From positions 96,001 through 160,000 of the forward strand of contig CAYSHM010000004.1 in the NCBI GenBank assembly GCA_964430885.1: 64,000 nt of DNA, in the 5' to 3' direction. Shown in pieces: positions 27,058-38,056 of this stretch. Origin of the DNA: an uncultured archaeon. Lineage in GTDB: Archaea; Thermoplasmatota; Penumbrarchaeia; JASLWR01. The notes under the pieces are model-generated. The model saw only the letters and a list, made by a program, of their open reading frames with translations, did not search any database and was not told where the DNA came from. Each line of letters begins with the position of its first letter. The first letter of the stretch is position 1. The translations under genes and the position numbers were made by a program.

Positions 27058-30000
27058 ATGTCCGGAAATAATGAGAATATTAGAACAAATAAAAGGTTGA
27101 TACTTATTTTGGTTTGTCTGAGTTTATTGCTCCAGGCCTTAGTAATTTATTTTCCAGCGGAGTCGCAGGGTGAAACTGTAATTTCGAGGGATACTCATAT
27201 CAATGGGGAACAGATCTGGAGTTTTTTAGGAAGCCCATATATTATCAAGGGAAATGTGTATGTGGATAATAATGCCATTTTGACCATAGGGGCCGGAGTA
27301 ACAGTGAAGTTCGATGAGGATGCCCAGATGATAGTCAACGGAGGACTAATAATTGCAGGTATTTCAAATAATCCAGTAATTTTCACGACAAATTCAACAG
27401 TACGGCCCGGACCTGATGAATGGAATTATCTCGGCCTCAATCCGTCCGATGAAATTGTTAGCATAGATAATCTCACCGTTCGATACAGCAGGTACGGTCT
27501 CCGCTTTGCCGCAGGATGCAATGGAGTGGATTGGCATTTCAATAATATCCTCGTAGAGACGGTGAACACAGGGGTTTTTATGAATGCGGTGGATAAGATC
27601 AAGATAGATAATATCGAGATCCAGAATTGCCAATGGAAGGGAATCAGTATGGTTGGATCCATCAATGTGACTTTTAATAAATTCAATATCACAAATACCC
27701 TTCAAGCAGGAATAATCCTCGACAATGTTCAGGATTGTGTTTTTCGCGATGGGGACGTTAGTAATTCCGATACGAGCGGCATCACAATGATTTCTACAAG
27801 TAATAATAACAAGGTGATCAATACAAAGTTCCATCGATGCAAAGCGGGTGTTACAATATATTCAGGGTCCCGAAACAATATCATAGATGGATGTGAAATT
27901 TATGAAAATCTTGAATCAGGGTTAGATACGCCAACTGATAACGGAGCGGTTTTCAGAGATAATGAATTACATTCAAATCCTGAAAATTTTGCATTAACTC
28001 CACATCAAAACTATGATCTGACATTCCAAAACGTCAATACAGTGGAAGGCGACCCGGTAGTAACTCTGGAGGATACATCAACATATGAGGTAGAGGGATC
28101 CCGGCAATCTGTTGGTATGCTGATAATTAAAAACTGCAGTAATATTGGGGTTTCAGGTCTGTACCTTCAGAATAACACTCCATCAATACTTGTTCATGGT
28201 TCTTCCAATATCAGGATTGGCAATTCAACATTTTCCTCCTCTCCCGAAGGCCTTCGTACCTATCAATCAAATAACATTCATATCAACAACAACACCTTCG
28301 ATCTTCATGGACTCCCTAGTGCAGGGGTTTATGTGGAATACTCCAACCAGATCAACATATCAAAAAATCGTTTCTTTGATATACCTGACGGCAATGAAAA
28401 TAATAATCAATCAATAGGGGTCGCTATAGGTGAGAGCCATCATATTTGGGTGGATGGCAACGCCTTTGAAAACGTTACTACTGCTGTTGCAGCCGGAATC
28501 GATTCCGGCGATTGTGATAGGTTATGGGTGGCGGATAATAACATCATTTCACCGAAAATAGGTCTTCTCCTGGCAAATGGACGTAGGTATCACGTAATGA
28601 ATAATAGGATTGACAACGCAGAAACAGGTGTTATGCTCCTGATAGTTACTCAAAGCGAAATTAGGGATAATGGAATACTCAATTCGGAAAACTCCGTTGT
28701 GCTATTAGGGGTGAATTGGACAAAAATTGTGAATAACCTGTTCCAGGATTCGCAGAGAGGTTTGAATCTATCGATGTCGCTTAATAGAGGCAGGGGTGGA
28801 ACAAGATGGGTCTTACCTCCAGATTTTTTCAAGTCTGAAAATAATTCAATTTATTACAACGTTTTCAAGGATATAACAGATCCCCTTGTGAGAGGATTTG
28901 AGGAAGTTAAGAACTTTTGGAACCATTCAGAATTCCTTGAAGGGAATTATTGGTCTAACTACATGGGAGCTGATGACGGCAGCAATGGGGCTGTTCCCGG
29001 AGACGGTATAGGGGATACGCTGCTACCCCATGAGGACGTTGACAATTACCCATTCATGGAGGAGTGGGGATGGAGACCTGAAGTTCCGGTTATTGAACCT
29101 ATCCCGGAGAATTCATTCGATGTTGAATCCATAGTTGTCAATTGGTCCGAATCAAGCCAGGCTGAAGGATATGTCTTGCATATTTCGGAGGACGAGTCTT
29201 TCCAATATTTCAGAGAGATAGGGTCCCATAACAACTCAACAGAAGTATCCTTCATCGGTGAAGGTCATAAATATATGAGGGTGATTGCTGAGAACCAATA
29301 TGGTTTCAGAGATTTCTCGGATATGGTAATGACTAATTTCCAGCTGTCACCCTTGGAACCATTCAATCAAAGCGTTTCATTACCTCCTGAGGGCAACAGC
29401 ATCAACTTCAGCTGGGAATCAGTGCCAGATCTCAATGTGGAGGCCTTTGAGATATTGTTCTTTGAAGGAATTGAAACTCAATTTCCTCCCACTTCACCTT
29501 ACGCTTCTGGCTGGATAAGTACGAATGTCAGCCAGGAACAAAATTGGATATTGATTGAGGGTTTGGAAAATGGAATGAACTATACATTTACGGTTCGTGC
29601 ACTTGATAGTTTTGGACTCATTTCACCTGTGACAATATTAATATATGCCGCACCGCAAGATATCACACCGCCTGAAGCTCCAGGTCCTCTTACAATTGGA
29701 ACCCTTGACGCTTATTTCGTGGAGTTCAACCTGTCACCTCCTCCATCGGATGATATCAAGGAATACAGACTGTACAGGTCCACAGGGACCAGAGCTGTAT
29801 CCCTGGCATCCACAGCAACTGGCAATTCAACGGTCATTGCAGATGACAATCCCGTTGCAGGCAATTCCCAGTATGCAGTAGCTGCTGTTGATCATTCGAA
29901 CAACACTTCTCCTTATTCCCCATGGATTAATGTGACAGTTCCCTCGAAAAATTTTGCCCCTATCTTAAGCTCGAATTCATCACTGTTCTTCATACATATG

Positions 30001-31653
30001 TTTGAGGATAAGAAATATGAGGATTACAATCTGAAAAATCTCTTCATGGATCCTGATAATGATACCCTTGAGTTCGGCTATTTGGCCCGGGATAATTTAA
30101 CAGTTATTGTGGATCCTCTAACCGGCAATGCTACATTGACACCAGCTGAAAATTACTTTGGCCCCCTTAATGTCACATTCTATGCTAATGACACTGAATA
30201 CAATATCAGTGCTACTATTGATATTGATGTGGAACCTGTCAATGACTGGCCCATGATCCTTCAATTACTATCTCCCGCCCAGGGCGAGTCGGTTCTTTGG
30301 GGTTCACGGTTGCCTCTTGCTGTCAATGCATCGGATGTAGACCTTCCAAAAGGGTCCAGTTTGTATATATCATGGGTTATTCCGGGTAGAGGCATTATTG
30401 CCAATGGAGCGGATGTGATCTTAGACACTTCATCACTTTACCCGGGGGATTATCTTCTGATAGTGAATGTTACCGATGATCAAATGGCATGGGTCACTGC
30501 CAATGTATCCTTCAGCATTCTCCATATATTCCAGGCTTTAGGGGGGAGCGGGCCAATAGAGTTCAATGCAGGCAAGAGAACAGATTTTGAAATTGAGTTC
30601 TCCTACCAGGGTGAACTCACCGATAATGCAACAGCCTCCATAATCGTTGGATCGCCACTTTCAGATCACATTACTGTTGTCGAGGTTTTAAAGGATAACA
30701 ATTCCAAGAAGATCATAGTGAAAGGCTACGCCGATGTCCCCGATGATCAGGAGATCAAGCAATACAATGTCACACTTTCCATCAAGGTTGGCGGTAATGA
30801 AGCGTTTAGACATTCCATGAAAGTCAAGGTCAGCTCTTCATCCGGACCTGATGATAAAAAGGACGGCTCTGATGATGAGAGCGGGGGCGGATGGATTTGG
30901 CTGCTAATCATAATTGTTCTGGTTCTGTTTGTCGTAGTAGCTATAGTAGTAATTCTATTGAGAAAGAAGAGCAGGTCCGATGATATGCCTGGAGATGATA
31001 TGGATAGGGCCGATCCTGACTATGAAGGTCAGGGTGAGGATGCAGAGGACACAATGGCATATGAGGATGAATTCGATGATGGAATTGGAGGGGAAGCTAT
31101 TCCGGAAGAACCTTCCTTCATTGATGAGGAGCGGATGGATGGTGAAGATATTGAACCGCCTGCAGATGTTCCTGATGCATATCCTGAACCCGCCCCTGAG
31201 TCCGAATTTGAATCACTACCTCCAGTTCCGGAAGAGGAACAAGATGTGCCGGCCGCTGCGGAACCTATTCCTCCTGCAGCTGGCGCCCCGGTACTGAAAA
31301 GCGGCCATATGACGGAGGGTAAGTCGCCCAAAGAAAAGGTCCCGAAGATAGCAGTGGCCGAAACCTCTTTCACCTGCCGTATCTGTTTCGGAGTGGTCAA
31401 GGGAGGATTGCCGATAATCAAATGCAGATGCGGAAAGATGTATCATCAAACATGTGCGGAGAGAGTCGGCGAATGTCCAGGATGTGAATTTGATTATGGC
31501 AATTGGGATGGATTGAAGGAGGATTTCATCCCCACTCCTTCGGAAGACGATGATCTGGGGCCTGATACTGAGATGTCTGAAGATCAGGAAGAGGAAGTAC
31601 CTGCCGGAAAACAACCCAAGGCGGAGGACGATATGTTCAAGATAGATCTTTGA
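27058..31653 (+). CDS. Single-pass surface protein: right-handed beta-helix (NosD/CASH-like) + FN3 + cadherin-like + TM + cytoplasmic RING-like finger (paralog 1)
   Basis: SPYII.GNVYV, Asn-rich beta-helix repeats, GNYWSNY..DGIGD, FN3 (YTFTVRA), TM followed by RKK, CRIC..CRC..H..C..CPGC; GAGGTGA RBS before ATG 27058. Confidence 0.85.
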   Translation: MSGNNENIRTNKRLILILVCLSLLLQALVIYFPAESQGETVISRDTHINGEQIWSFLGSPYIIKGNVYVDNNAILTIGAGVTVKFDEDAQMIVNGGLIIAGISNNPVIFTTNSTVRPGPDEWNYLGLNPSDEIVSIDNLTVRYSRYGLRFAAGCNGVDWHFNNILVETVNTGVFMNAVDKIKIDNIEIQNCQWKGISMVGSINVTFNKFNITNTLQAGIILDNVQDCVFRDGDVSNSDTSGITMISTSNNNKVINTKFHRCKAGVTIYSGSRNNIIDGCEIYENLESGLDTPTDNGAVFRDNELHSNPENFALTPHQNYDLTFQNVNTVEGDPVVTLEDTSTYEVEGSRQSVGMLIIKNCSNIGVSGLYLQNNTPSILVHGSSNIRIGNSTFSSSPEGLRTYQSNNIHINNNTFDLHGLPSAGVYVEYSNQINISKNRFFDIPDGNENNNQSIGVAIGESHHIWVDGNAFENVTTAVAAGIDSGDCDRLWVADNNIISPKIGLLLANGRRYHVMNNRIDNAETGVMLLIVTQSEIRDNGILNSENSVVLLGVNWTKIVNNLFQDSQRGLNLSMSLNRGRGGTRWVLPPDFFKSENNSIYYNVFKDITDPLVRGFEEVKNFWNHSEFLEGNYWSNYMGADDGSNGAVPGDGIGDTLLPHEDVDNYPFMEEWGWRPEVPVIEPIPENSFDVESIVVNWSESSQAEGYVLHISEDESFQYFREIGSHNNSTEVSFIGEGHKYMRVIAENQYGFRDFSDMVMTNFQLSPLEPFNQSVSLPPEGNSINFSWESVPDLNVEAFEILFFEGIETQFPPTSPYASGWISTNVSQEQNWILIEGLENGMNYTFTVRALDSFGLISPVTILIYAAPQDITPPEAPGPLTIGTLDAYFVEFNLSPPPSDDIKEYRLYRSTGTRAVSLASTATGNSTVIADDNPVAGNSQYAVAAVDHSNNTSPYSPWINVTVPSKNFAPILSSNSSLFFIHMFEDKKYEDYNLKNLFMDPDNDTLEFGYLARDNLTVIVDPLTGNATLTPAENYFGPLNVTFYANDTEYNISATIDIDVEPVNDWPMILQLLSPAQGESVLWGSRLPLAVNASDVDLPKGSSLYISWVIPGRGIIANGADVILDTSSLYPGDYLLIVNVTDDQMAWVTANVSFSILHIFQALGGSGPIEFNAGKRTDFEIEFSYQGELTDNATASIIVGSPLSDHITVVEVLKDNNSKKIIVKGYADVPDDQEIKQYNVTLSIKVGGNEAFRHSMKVKVSSSSGPDDKKDGSDDESGGGWIWLLIIIVLVLFVVVAIVVILLRKKSRSDDMPGDDMDRADPDYEGQGEDAEDTMAYEDEFDDGIGGEAIPEEPSFIDEERMDGEDIEPPADVPDAYPEPAPESEFESLPPVPEEEQDVPAAAEPIPPAAGAPVLKSGHMTEGKSPKEKVPKIAVAETSFTCRICFGVVKGGLPIIKCRCGKMYHQTCAERVGECPGCEFDYGNWDGLKEDFIPTPSEDDDLGPDTEMSEDQEEEVPAGKQPKAEDDMFKIDL

Positions 31654-31920
31654 TCGCCTGCGAATAATCCAATGGCATTTATTACTGGTATCCTTCCTGT
31701 ATTTACATCAGTTATATTGATTGGAGAAATGAAGGAAATATAGGTATAGTAATTTAATTGGTTTAGTAGGAGATTCCCTGATTTTCTTCGGCTCTTTCAG
31801 CTCTTTCTTTGTTTTTTTTATATCTAATAGAAAATTAAAACTATGAAAACGTTTAATTCTCACGAAATCTAATATGTTTAAATCAGATTGAAAATCATAA
31901 TGCTTATGCGGAGTGTTAAT

Positions 31921-34900
31921 ATGATGTCGTTGAAAAGATATAGTATTCTATTGACCGCTTGTTTGTTGGTACTGCCAGGTCTATTGATATATTTACCGGA
32001 TACCGCGAGCGGTGCCACTGAACTGCCACTGAACTATCAGGTTGAAGGAGTTGAAGTATGGAACCCCCTGGGTTCACCGTACATTGTGGATGGGAATCTA
32101 TATGTCAAGCCTGGGGCGAGCCTAACGATTGCTGCTGATACAGTTGTCAAGTTCAGAGACGGGGCATCATTTTACGCTTCCGGAGATCTGCTGATTCAGG
32201 GAACAATTGGCCATGAGGTCATATTTACCAGCGACAATCCTAATCCTGCTCCAGGTATTTGGCAAGGAATATCCATGTCAAGTGCCAATACCAAACAGAT
32301 TGACAATCTGACTATTCGATATGCCGACCACGGAATAGATGGTGTGGAAACATGGATGGGAAGCGTTCATTTCAGCAATATAAAAATGGAGAACTGTAAT
32401 TATGGTATCTATTTTAAAATCGGCGGTGGTGCAAACTTCAATCATGTAATAATATCCAACTGTGACCAATCTGGCATCTATTTGAACGATTTTTCCGATT
32501 GTATTTTCAATGATGTGACATTCTTGAACTGTGAGAAGTACGGCATCTACCTAGAATCTGTTAGCGGGTGTCAATTCAACGGGATCACGGCTGACGGCAT
32601 CGGAGATTATGTTGTCAAGGTTGCCAATAACGTACAGGGTAATTTTTTCCGCGATTTTGATGTAAATAATTCATTTGGCGGGATCCGGATCACAGATAAT
32701 TCCTGTACTGGTAATGTTATCGATGGAGGAAACATCAGGAATTCCCAGGAAGCGGGTTTATATATAGATGTGGATACTGAAACAACGATCCGGAATCTGG
32801 CCATGGAACATAACTTTATGAATTTTTATATGGGTATAGAGGGTTTTTTTAATCTGAATATACCTGATTCAAATACGGTAAACGGTAAAAACCTTAGATT
32901 GTACCAGGATACTAACCGGCCATTAATTGATGGAGCTTTGGAGAACTTGGGAATGGTAATTATTGTGAATTCCTCAAATTTTGAACTAGCCAATATGAAC
33001 CTGGACGGCAATGGCTCCCCGGCACTTCTAATCAAGAATTCTAATAATATCGAGGTTAGGGATTCCTCTTTCTCCAATTATACCAGAGGTTTGCTTACCC
33101 TGGATTCTTCAAACTTGATAATACGGAACAACATCTTCCATCATGTCTGGGTTGATAATTATTTTACAATTTCAGTTGGTTTTGAAGAAGGCCAGAACAT
33201 TGTTGTCGATAATAATAGGGTTGAACATGGTCCAGTACGCGCACCTCAAAATAATAATGGAATAGGAATATATCTAATTCAGTGCTCAGGAACTCAATGT
33301 ATCGGAAATGAGATATCCGGCACTTTGATGGGGATAATTCAGGAATCTTATTTATATTCGGAGAACAATGTTTTCATCGAGAACACCATAACCAACAGCA
33401 ACTTCGGCATGGGATTGTTGGGAGGGTCTGTTTCATCAATCATGAACAACACTATTACTGGAATAGATATTGGAATGCTTTTGGATGAAATGAATCGGAG
33501 CAAAGTAAATAATAATATTATCATGGATGCCAGTGATTCCTGCATTATGGCCAATACCATCAATGATACGGAGTTCATAAATAATATATTCTCCTCTGCC
33601 AAGACAGGCCTGAATATTACTGATGAAATGTTCGGGGAATCGAGGAGCGGAGGTTTTGGTTTCCTTAGTTCAAGGTTTGAAGATCTTGAATTCGGCAACA
33701 ATACCATATACTATAATGTATTTGAGCAGCTTGATACACCCATTCTTCGCCCTTTCAACAAGACCAAGAACACATGGAACAACACAGAGGAAGGCAATTT
33801 CTGGTCAGATTATACGGGGCAGGATACCAATGGAGACGGCACAGGGGACACCATGCTCCCCCACCAGGAGGTTGATTACCTTCCATTGATGGAAAGACTT
33901 GTTTGGAGGCCGGAGGTCCCAGTGATCCATCCTCTTCCCTCCCTTACTGCTGAAAGCATTTTCAGGGTCAACTGGACACCCAGTTTGAGATTGGGGAATT
34001 ACAGACTATATTATTCATGGGAACCCGATTTCAACAATTCAATAGAGCTCAGTCTGGAGGATAACGAGACAGATGTTGAGATCCTGGAGGAGGGGATTGT
34101 GTACTTTAAAGTAGAGGCCCTTAACCAGTACGGCAGCAGGGGAATATCCGATAAGGTGGAAACCAATGTACAGTTCCCCCCTGCCATGCCCGAGAATCTA
34201 ACCGCAGTTCCCCTTGAAGAGGGCAAAGCTCTAAACGTTTCATGGGATGTCATCAATGAGACCCACCTGAAATTTTACGAGCTTTTCTACACCGAAAGCT
34301 CCGAAGATGAGAATCCTGTGGAGAGCTGGACCCGCCTTGAGTTCTCACCGGAAATAGGCTGGGTAGTACTACTTGATCTGACAAATGATGTGAACTATAC
34401 ATTCACAATCCGTTCCATGGATGATTTTGATCTAGTGTCGCCCTTTTCCGAATTCTTAAAGGCCAAACCCATTGATATACTCGCACCGGCTGCCCCGGAT
34501 GCCCTGGTCTTGGGTTATGTTGATGCCTATCTTGTGAGCTTCAATGTTCCGTCCACCTCCGATGGGGATATTAGAGAATACAGATTATACCGATCTACCG
34601 GTTCCAGAGCTGTGGAGATGGTTTCATCCGAATCTGCCGACGCAGATACAATAAACGATACAGACCCTCAGGAAGGGGAATCCCAGTATGCCCTGGTTGC
34701 AGTGGATACCTCCAACAACACATCCCCCTATTCACCCTGGTTCAATATTACTGTGCCGTCCAAGAACAAGGCACCTGTGGTTAATATCAGTTTGAAGGAA
34801 ATAGTATTGATTGAGGATATTGTATACACCAAATTCAACATGAGTTCGCTTTTCACAGATCCTGACGGAAATCCATTGTTTTATTCTCACGATCCTGTGG

Positions 34901-36414
34901 AGAACATGACAATTGAAATAGACGGGGTTACCGGAAATGTAACCTTCACGCCAGCTGACGATTTTCACGGAGTGATCAATGTAACCTTCTATGCCAATGA
35001 TACCCAGGTAGAAGTGAATACCACTATTATGCTCAGGGTGCTTTCAGTAAATGACCGGCCCGTCATTGAGAATGTCATGGCCTCAGGAGGACCTCAGGGA
35101 ATTGTCTGGGGTTCGAATATCAATCTTGAGGTTGTAGCCACAGATGTGGACTTGCCGGAGAACACCAGCCTTGATGTGGTTTGGAGTATAGAAGGAGGCC
35201 TTCCAATTGGTACTGGCAGCAAGATAGTTTTCGATTCATCAAAACTTGTCCCTGGCACCTATAAAATACTGGTGAATGTGTCCGATGAGAAGGGATTATG
35301 GGCTGCATCCCTTGTTCATCTGAAGATAGTTCATCTGTTCCAGACCGAGGATGATGGCCAGCCCCTTGAATTCCAGGCCGGAAAGAAGAACGATTTCAAT
35401 CTGACTTTCAGCTTTCAAGGAAATATTACCGGAAATATCACCGCGGAAATATTGCCGAATTCCACCCTGTCGGATTACATTACCATTGAGAAAATATATA
35501 TTGATTCGGAATCCAAAAAGGTTACCGTGAAGGGTTTTGCCGATCTTCCAGAGGATATAACCCCTAGCTTGTACAATATTACCGTTACCATCGATGTGGG
35601 GGATAACGAGGCCATCAGGCATACTTTCGAGGTCAAAGTTAATGAGGCAGATTCAGGCGGAGGAAAAACCGGAGGAGATAGCGAGGGCAAGGCCGATTGG
35701 TTCTGGTTCCTGCTTATAGGCTTCTTAATCCTTTTGATAGTGGTTATTGTTCTAGTTGTCATGTTAAAGAAAAAGGGCGAACAAGACCAAGATCCAGCTG
35801 AGCTCCTGGCCGAGGATACATCGGAACCGGATTATGAAACTGAGGAGGCTTTTGTCGAAGATGCTGATATGATCCCAGAGGCCCCAATTGATGAAGAATA
35901 CAATGAAATTGAACCCGAAGAGCCGCCTCTTGAGGAAACACCGGAAGAGGTACTGGAACCGGAGGCAGATATTCCGGAAGAAGAAGTCCCAGAGGAAAAA
36001 CCCAAAGCGCCTGCGGGTATAGCTATCAAAGCCGGCGCCCCCGCAAAAAAGGAATCCATAGCTGAGCAGGAACCTGAGATCACCTTCGCAGATTCGTCCT
36101 TCACCTGCCGGATTTGCTTCGGAGTGGTGAAGACAGGATTACCTATTATCAAATGCAGATGCGGGAAGAAGTATCATCAGACCTGTGCCGAGAGAGTAGG
36201 AGAATGTCCGGGTTGTGAGTTCGATTATTCAAACTGGGATGCCGAAGCGGCCGAGGAGAGGGCAATGGCCGGTGAAGAAAAGAAGGATGAGGAATCCGTT
36301 GATGAATCAGAGGCTGCTCCAGGTGATGAAACCTCAACGCCAGAAATGGCCACAGCAGATGCGGGAAGCGAAGAAGGCGATGAATTTGACAACATGTTCA
36401 AGATAGACATATGA
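31921..36414 (+). CDS. Single-pass surface protein: beta-helix + FN3 + cadherin-like + TM + cytoplasmic RING-like finger (paralog 2)
   Basis: Collinear with 27058..31653 (GSPYIV.GN, GNFWSDY, SNNTSPYSPW, NVTFYANDT, same finger, MFKIDI end). Confidence 0.85.
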   Translation: MMSLKRYSILLTACLLVLPGLLIYLPDTASGATELPLNYQVEGVEVWNPLGSPYIVDGNLYVKPGASLTIAADTVVKFRDGASFYASGDLLIQGTIGHEVIFTSDNPNPAPGIWQGISMSSANTKQIDNLTIRYADHGIDGVETWMGSVHFSNIKMENCNYGIYFKIGGGANFNHVIISNCDQSGIYLNDFSDCIFNDVTFLNCEKYGIYLESVSGCQFNGITADGIGDYVVKVANNVQGNFFRDFDVNNSFGGIRITDNSCTGNVIDGGNIRNSQEAGLYIDVDTETTIRNLAMEHNFMNFYMGIEGFFNLNIPDSNTVNGKNLRLYQDTNRPLIDGALENLGMVIIVNSSNFELANMNLDGNGSPALLIKNSNNIEVRDSSFSNYTRGLLTLDSSNLIIRNNIFHHVWVDNYFTISVGFEEGQNIVVDNNRVEHGPVRAPQNNNGIGIYLIQCSGTQCIGNEISGTLMGIIQESYLYSENNVFIENTITNSNFGMGLLGGSVSSIMNNTITGIDIGMLLDEMNRSKVNNNIIMDASDSCIMANTINDTEFINNIFSSAKTGLNITDEMFGESRSGGFGFLSSRFEDLEFGNNTIYYNVFEQLDTPILRPFNKTKNTWNNTEEGNFWSDYTGQDTNGDGTGDTMLPHQEVDYLPLMERLVWRPEVPVIHPLPSLTAESIFRVNWTPSLRLGNYRLYYSWEPDFNNSIELSLEDNETDVEILEEGIVYFKVEALNQYGSRGISDKVETNVQFPPAMPENLTAVPLEEGKALNVSWDVINETHLKFYELFYTESSEDENPVESWTRLEFSPEIGWVVLLDLTNDVNYTFTIRSMDDFDLVSPFSEFLKAKPIDILAPAAPDALVLGYVDAYLVSFNVPSTSDGDIREYRLYRSTGSRAVEMVSSESADADTINDTDPQEGESQYALVAVDTSNNTSPYSPWFNITVPSKNKAPVVNISLKEIVLIEDIVYTKFNMSSLFTDPDGNPLFYSHDPVENMTIEIDGVTGNVTFTPADDFHGVINVTFYANDTQVEVNTTIMLRVLSVNDRPVIENVMASGGPQGIVWGSNINLEVVATDVDLPENTSLDVVWSIEGGLPIGTGSKIVFDSSKLVPGTYKILVNVSDEKGLWAASLVHLKIVHLFQTEDDGQPLEFQAGKKNDFNLTFSFQGNITGNITAEILPNSTLSDYITIEKIYIDSESKKVTVKGFADLPEDITPSLYNITVTIDVGDNEAIRHTFEVKVNEADSGGGKTGGDSEGKADWFWFLLIGFLILLIVVIVLVVMLKKKGEQDQDPAELLAEDTSEPDYETEEAFVEDADMIPEAPIDEEYNEIEPEEPPLEETPEEVLEPEADIPEEEVPEEKPKAPAGIAIKAGAPAKKESIAEQEPEITFADSSFTCRICFGVVKTGLPIIKCRCGKKYHQTCAERVGECPGCEFDYSNWDAEAAEERAMAGEEKKDEESVDESEAAPGDETSTPEMATADAGSEEGDEFDNMFKIDI

Positions 36415-36577
36415 GCAGGCAGCAAATTTTCAGTTAGTTAGATTTGATAGCTATTCAGGGATTTATTCCCCTGAATTCGACTTGCGTTGAAATGAATTAT
36501 ATATTAAAAGGCCGCTTCCACCTCCAAATCAATTTGTACCCTTTTAGATTTAATAACTGGAAAATATGAGGGATAAA

Positions 36578-37507
36578 ATGGCACTCCAAAACCGAAGTTT
36601 GGTATCCCTGAACGATTTTGATAAGGAAGATATCGAAAAAATAGTCGATACAGGTATAGCGATTTCCAAGGATGTTTATGCTTATGGAGATCTACTGAAA
36701 GGATCTATTGCCGCGGTGAACTTCTACGAACCATCCACTAGAACCAGGTTGAGCTTCGAATCGGCAGTGCTTCGTTTGGGCGGTAAAATATTGGGTTTTA
36801 CCGATGCAGGAAGCACATCGGCCAAGAAAGGGGAGTCCCTTGCAGATACAATTCGAGTAATGGATGACTACTGCGACATAATTATTCAGCGTCATCCTAA
36901 GGAAGGCTCTGCAAAACTGGCAGCGCAATTCTCAACTGTTCCTGTAATAAATGCAGGTGACGGCGGGCATAGACATCCTACCCAGACCTTGACCGATCTG
37001 TTAACTCTAAAGAAAGAGTTCGGAAAGCTGACAGGACTGAAGGTAGCCTTATGCGGCGACCTGAAGTTCGGCAGAACAGTACATTCTTTACTGGAAACCC
37101 TTTCCCGATGGCAGAATAATTCTTTCAATCTTATTTCTCCTAAGGAACTTCGGATCCCGAAATGGCTGCGGTCCAACCTTGAGAATAAAGGTATTGATTT
37201 CATGGAGACCACCTATCTTGAGGAAGGCATCAAGAATGCCGATGTGCTCTATATGACCCGTATCCAGAAGGAAAGGTTTTTCAGTGAAGAGGAATATTTG
37301 AAACTGAAAGGCGCATATGTCCTTACCCGAAAGAAACTGCAGAAATCCCCTGAACATATGATAGTAATGCATCCTCTTCCGAGGGTTAACGAGATAGATT
37401 ACGACGTGGATAAGGATTCCCGGAGCAGGTATTTTGAAGAGTCCGCAAATGGAGTGCCTGTGAGAATGTCGCTGTTGGCTCATATATTGGGGAGGTGGGA
37501 AGAATGA
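36578..37507 (+). CDS. pyrB: Aspartate carbamoyltransferase catalytic subunit
   Basis: FYEPSTRTRLSFE, KGESLADT, HPTQTLTD, GDLKFGRTVHSL, HPLPR. Confidence 0.97.
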   Translation: MALQNRSLVSLNDFDKEDIEKIVDTGIAISKDVYAYGDLLKGSIAAVNFYEPSTRTRLSFESAVLRLGGKILGFTDAGSTSAKKGESLADTIRVMDDYCDIIIQRHPKEGSAKLAAQFSTVPVINAGDGGHRHPTQTLTDLLTLKKEFGKLTGLKVALCGDLKFGRTVHSLLETLSRWQNNSFNLISPKELRIPKWLRSNLENKGIDFMETTYLEEGIKNADVLYMTRIQKERFFSEEEYLKLKGAYVLTRKKLQKSPEHMIVMHPLPRVNEIDYDVDKDSRSRYFEESANGVPVRMSLLAHILGRWEE

Positions 37508-37938
37508 ATGTAAGACCCATCAGCAGAGGGATAGTTATAGACCATATTGCAACAGGCAAGGGTATTGAGATATTCCGGAAACTGAAATTACACGATGTTA
37601 AGTTCCCTGTTGTTCTATTGATGAACGTTGATTCCACCAGGTTCGGCAGAAAGGATGTGATAAAGGTTGAGAACCGCATTGATATCGACATGGACATGCT
37701 GGCCCTTATCGACGATCAGCTCACCATCAATATTATAGAGGATTTGGAGGTCACAGAGAAGAGGAAGCCAGCTCTGCCGGTACGCATTAGGGGCCTTGTA
37801 AAATGTCCCAATCCTAGATGCATATCCAATGAGGATGATTTTATTAAACCCGAGTTCGGTATTCTGAGCGAGGCTAACAAGAAGTACAGGTGCTGTTTCT
37901 GCGAGGAAGACATAGATCTCACAAATAGAAAATTTTGA
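37504..37938 (+). CDS. pyrI: Aspartate carbamoyltransferase regulatory subunit
   Basis: GIVIDHI, KDVIKVE, CPNPRCISN and CCFC zinc site; ATGA overlap with pyrB stop. Confidence 0.95.
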   Translation: MNVRPISRGIVIDHIATGKGIEIFRKLKLHDVKFPVVLLMNVDSTRFGRKDVIKVENRIDIDMDMLALIDDQLTINIIEDLEVTEKRKPALPVRIRGLVKCPNPRCISNEDDFIKPEFGILSEANKKYRCCFCEEDIDLTNRKF

Positions 37939-37983
37939 GAGATTCGTCATATCTATTTCAGTCGCTTCACTAAGAATAAAAGG

Positions 37984-38056
37984 CAGCCCCGGCAGGATTT
38001 GAACCTGCGCCTTCGGATCCAAAGTCCGAAATACTAGGCCACTATACTACGGGGCT
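37984..38056 (-). tRNA. tRNA-Gln(UUG)
   Basis: AGCCCCG/CGGGGCT acceptor, anticodon arm TCGGA-CT-TTG-GA-TCCGA, GGTTCAAATCC. Confidence 0.95.
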
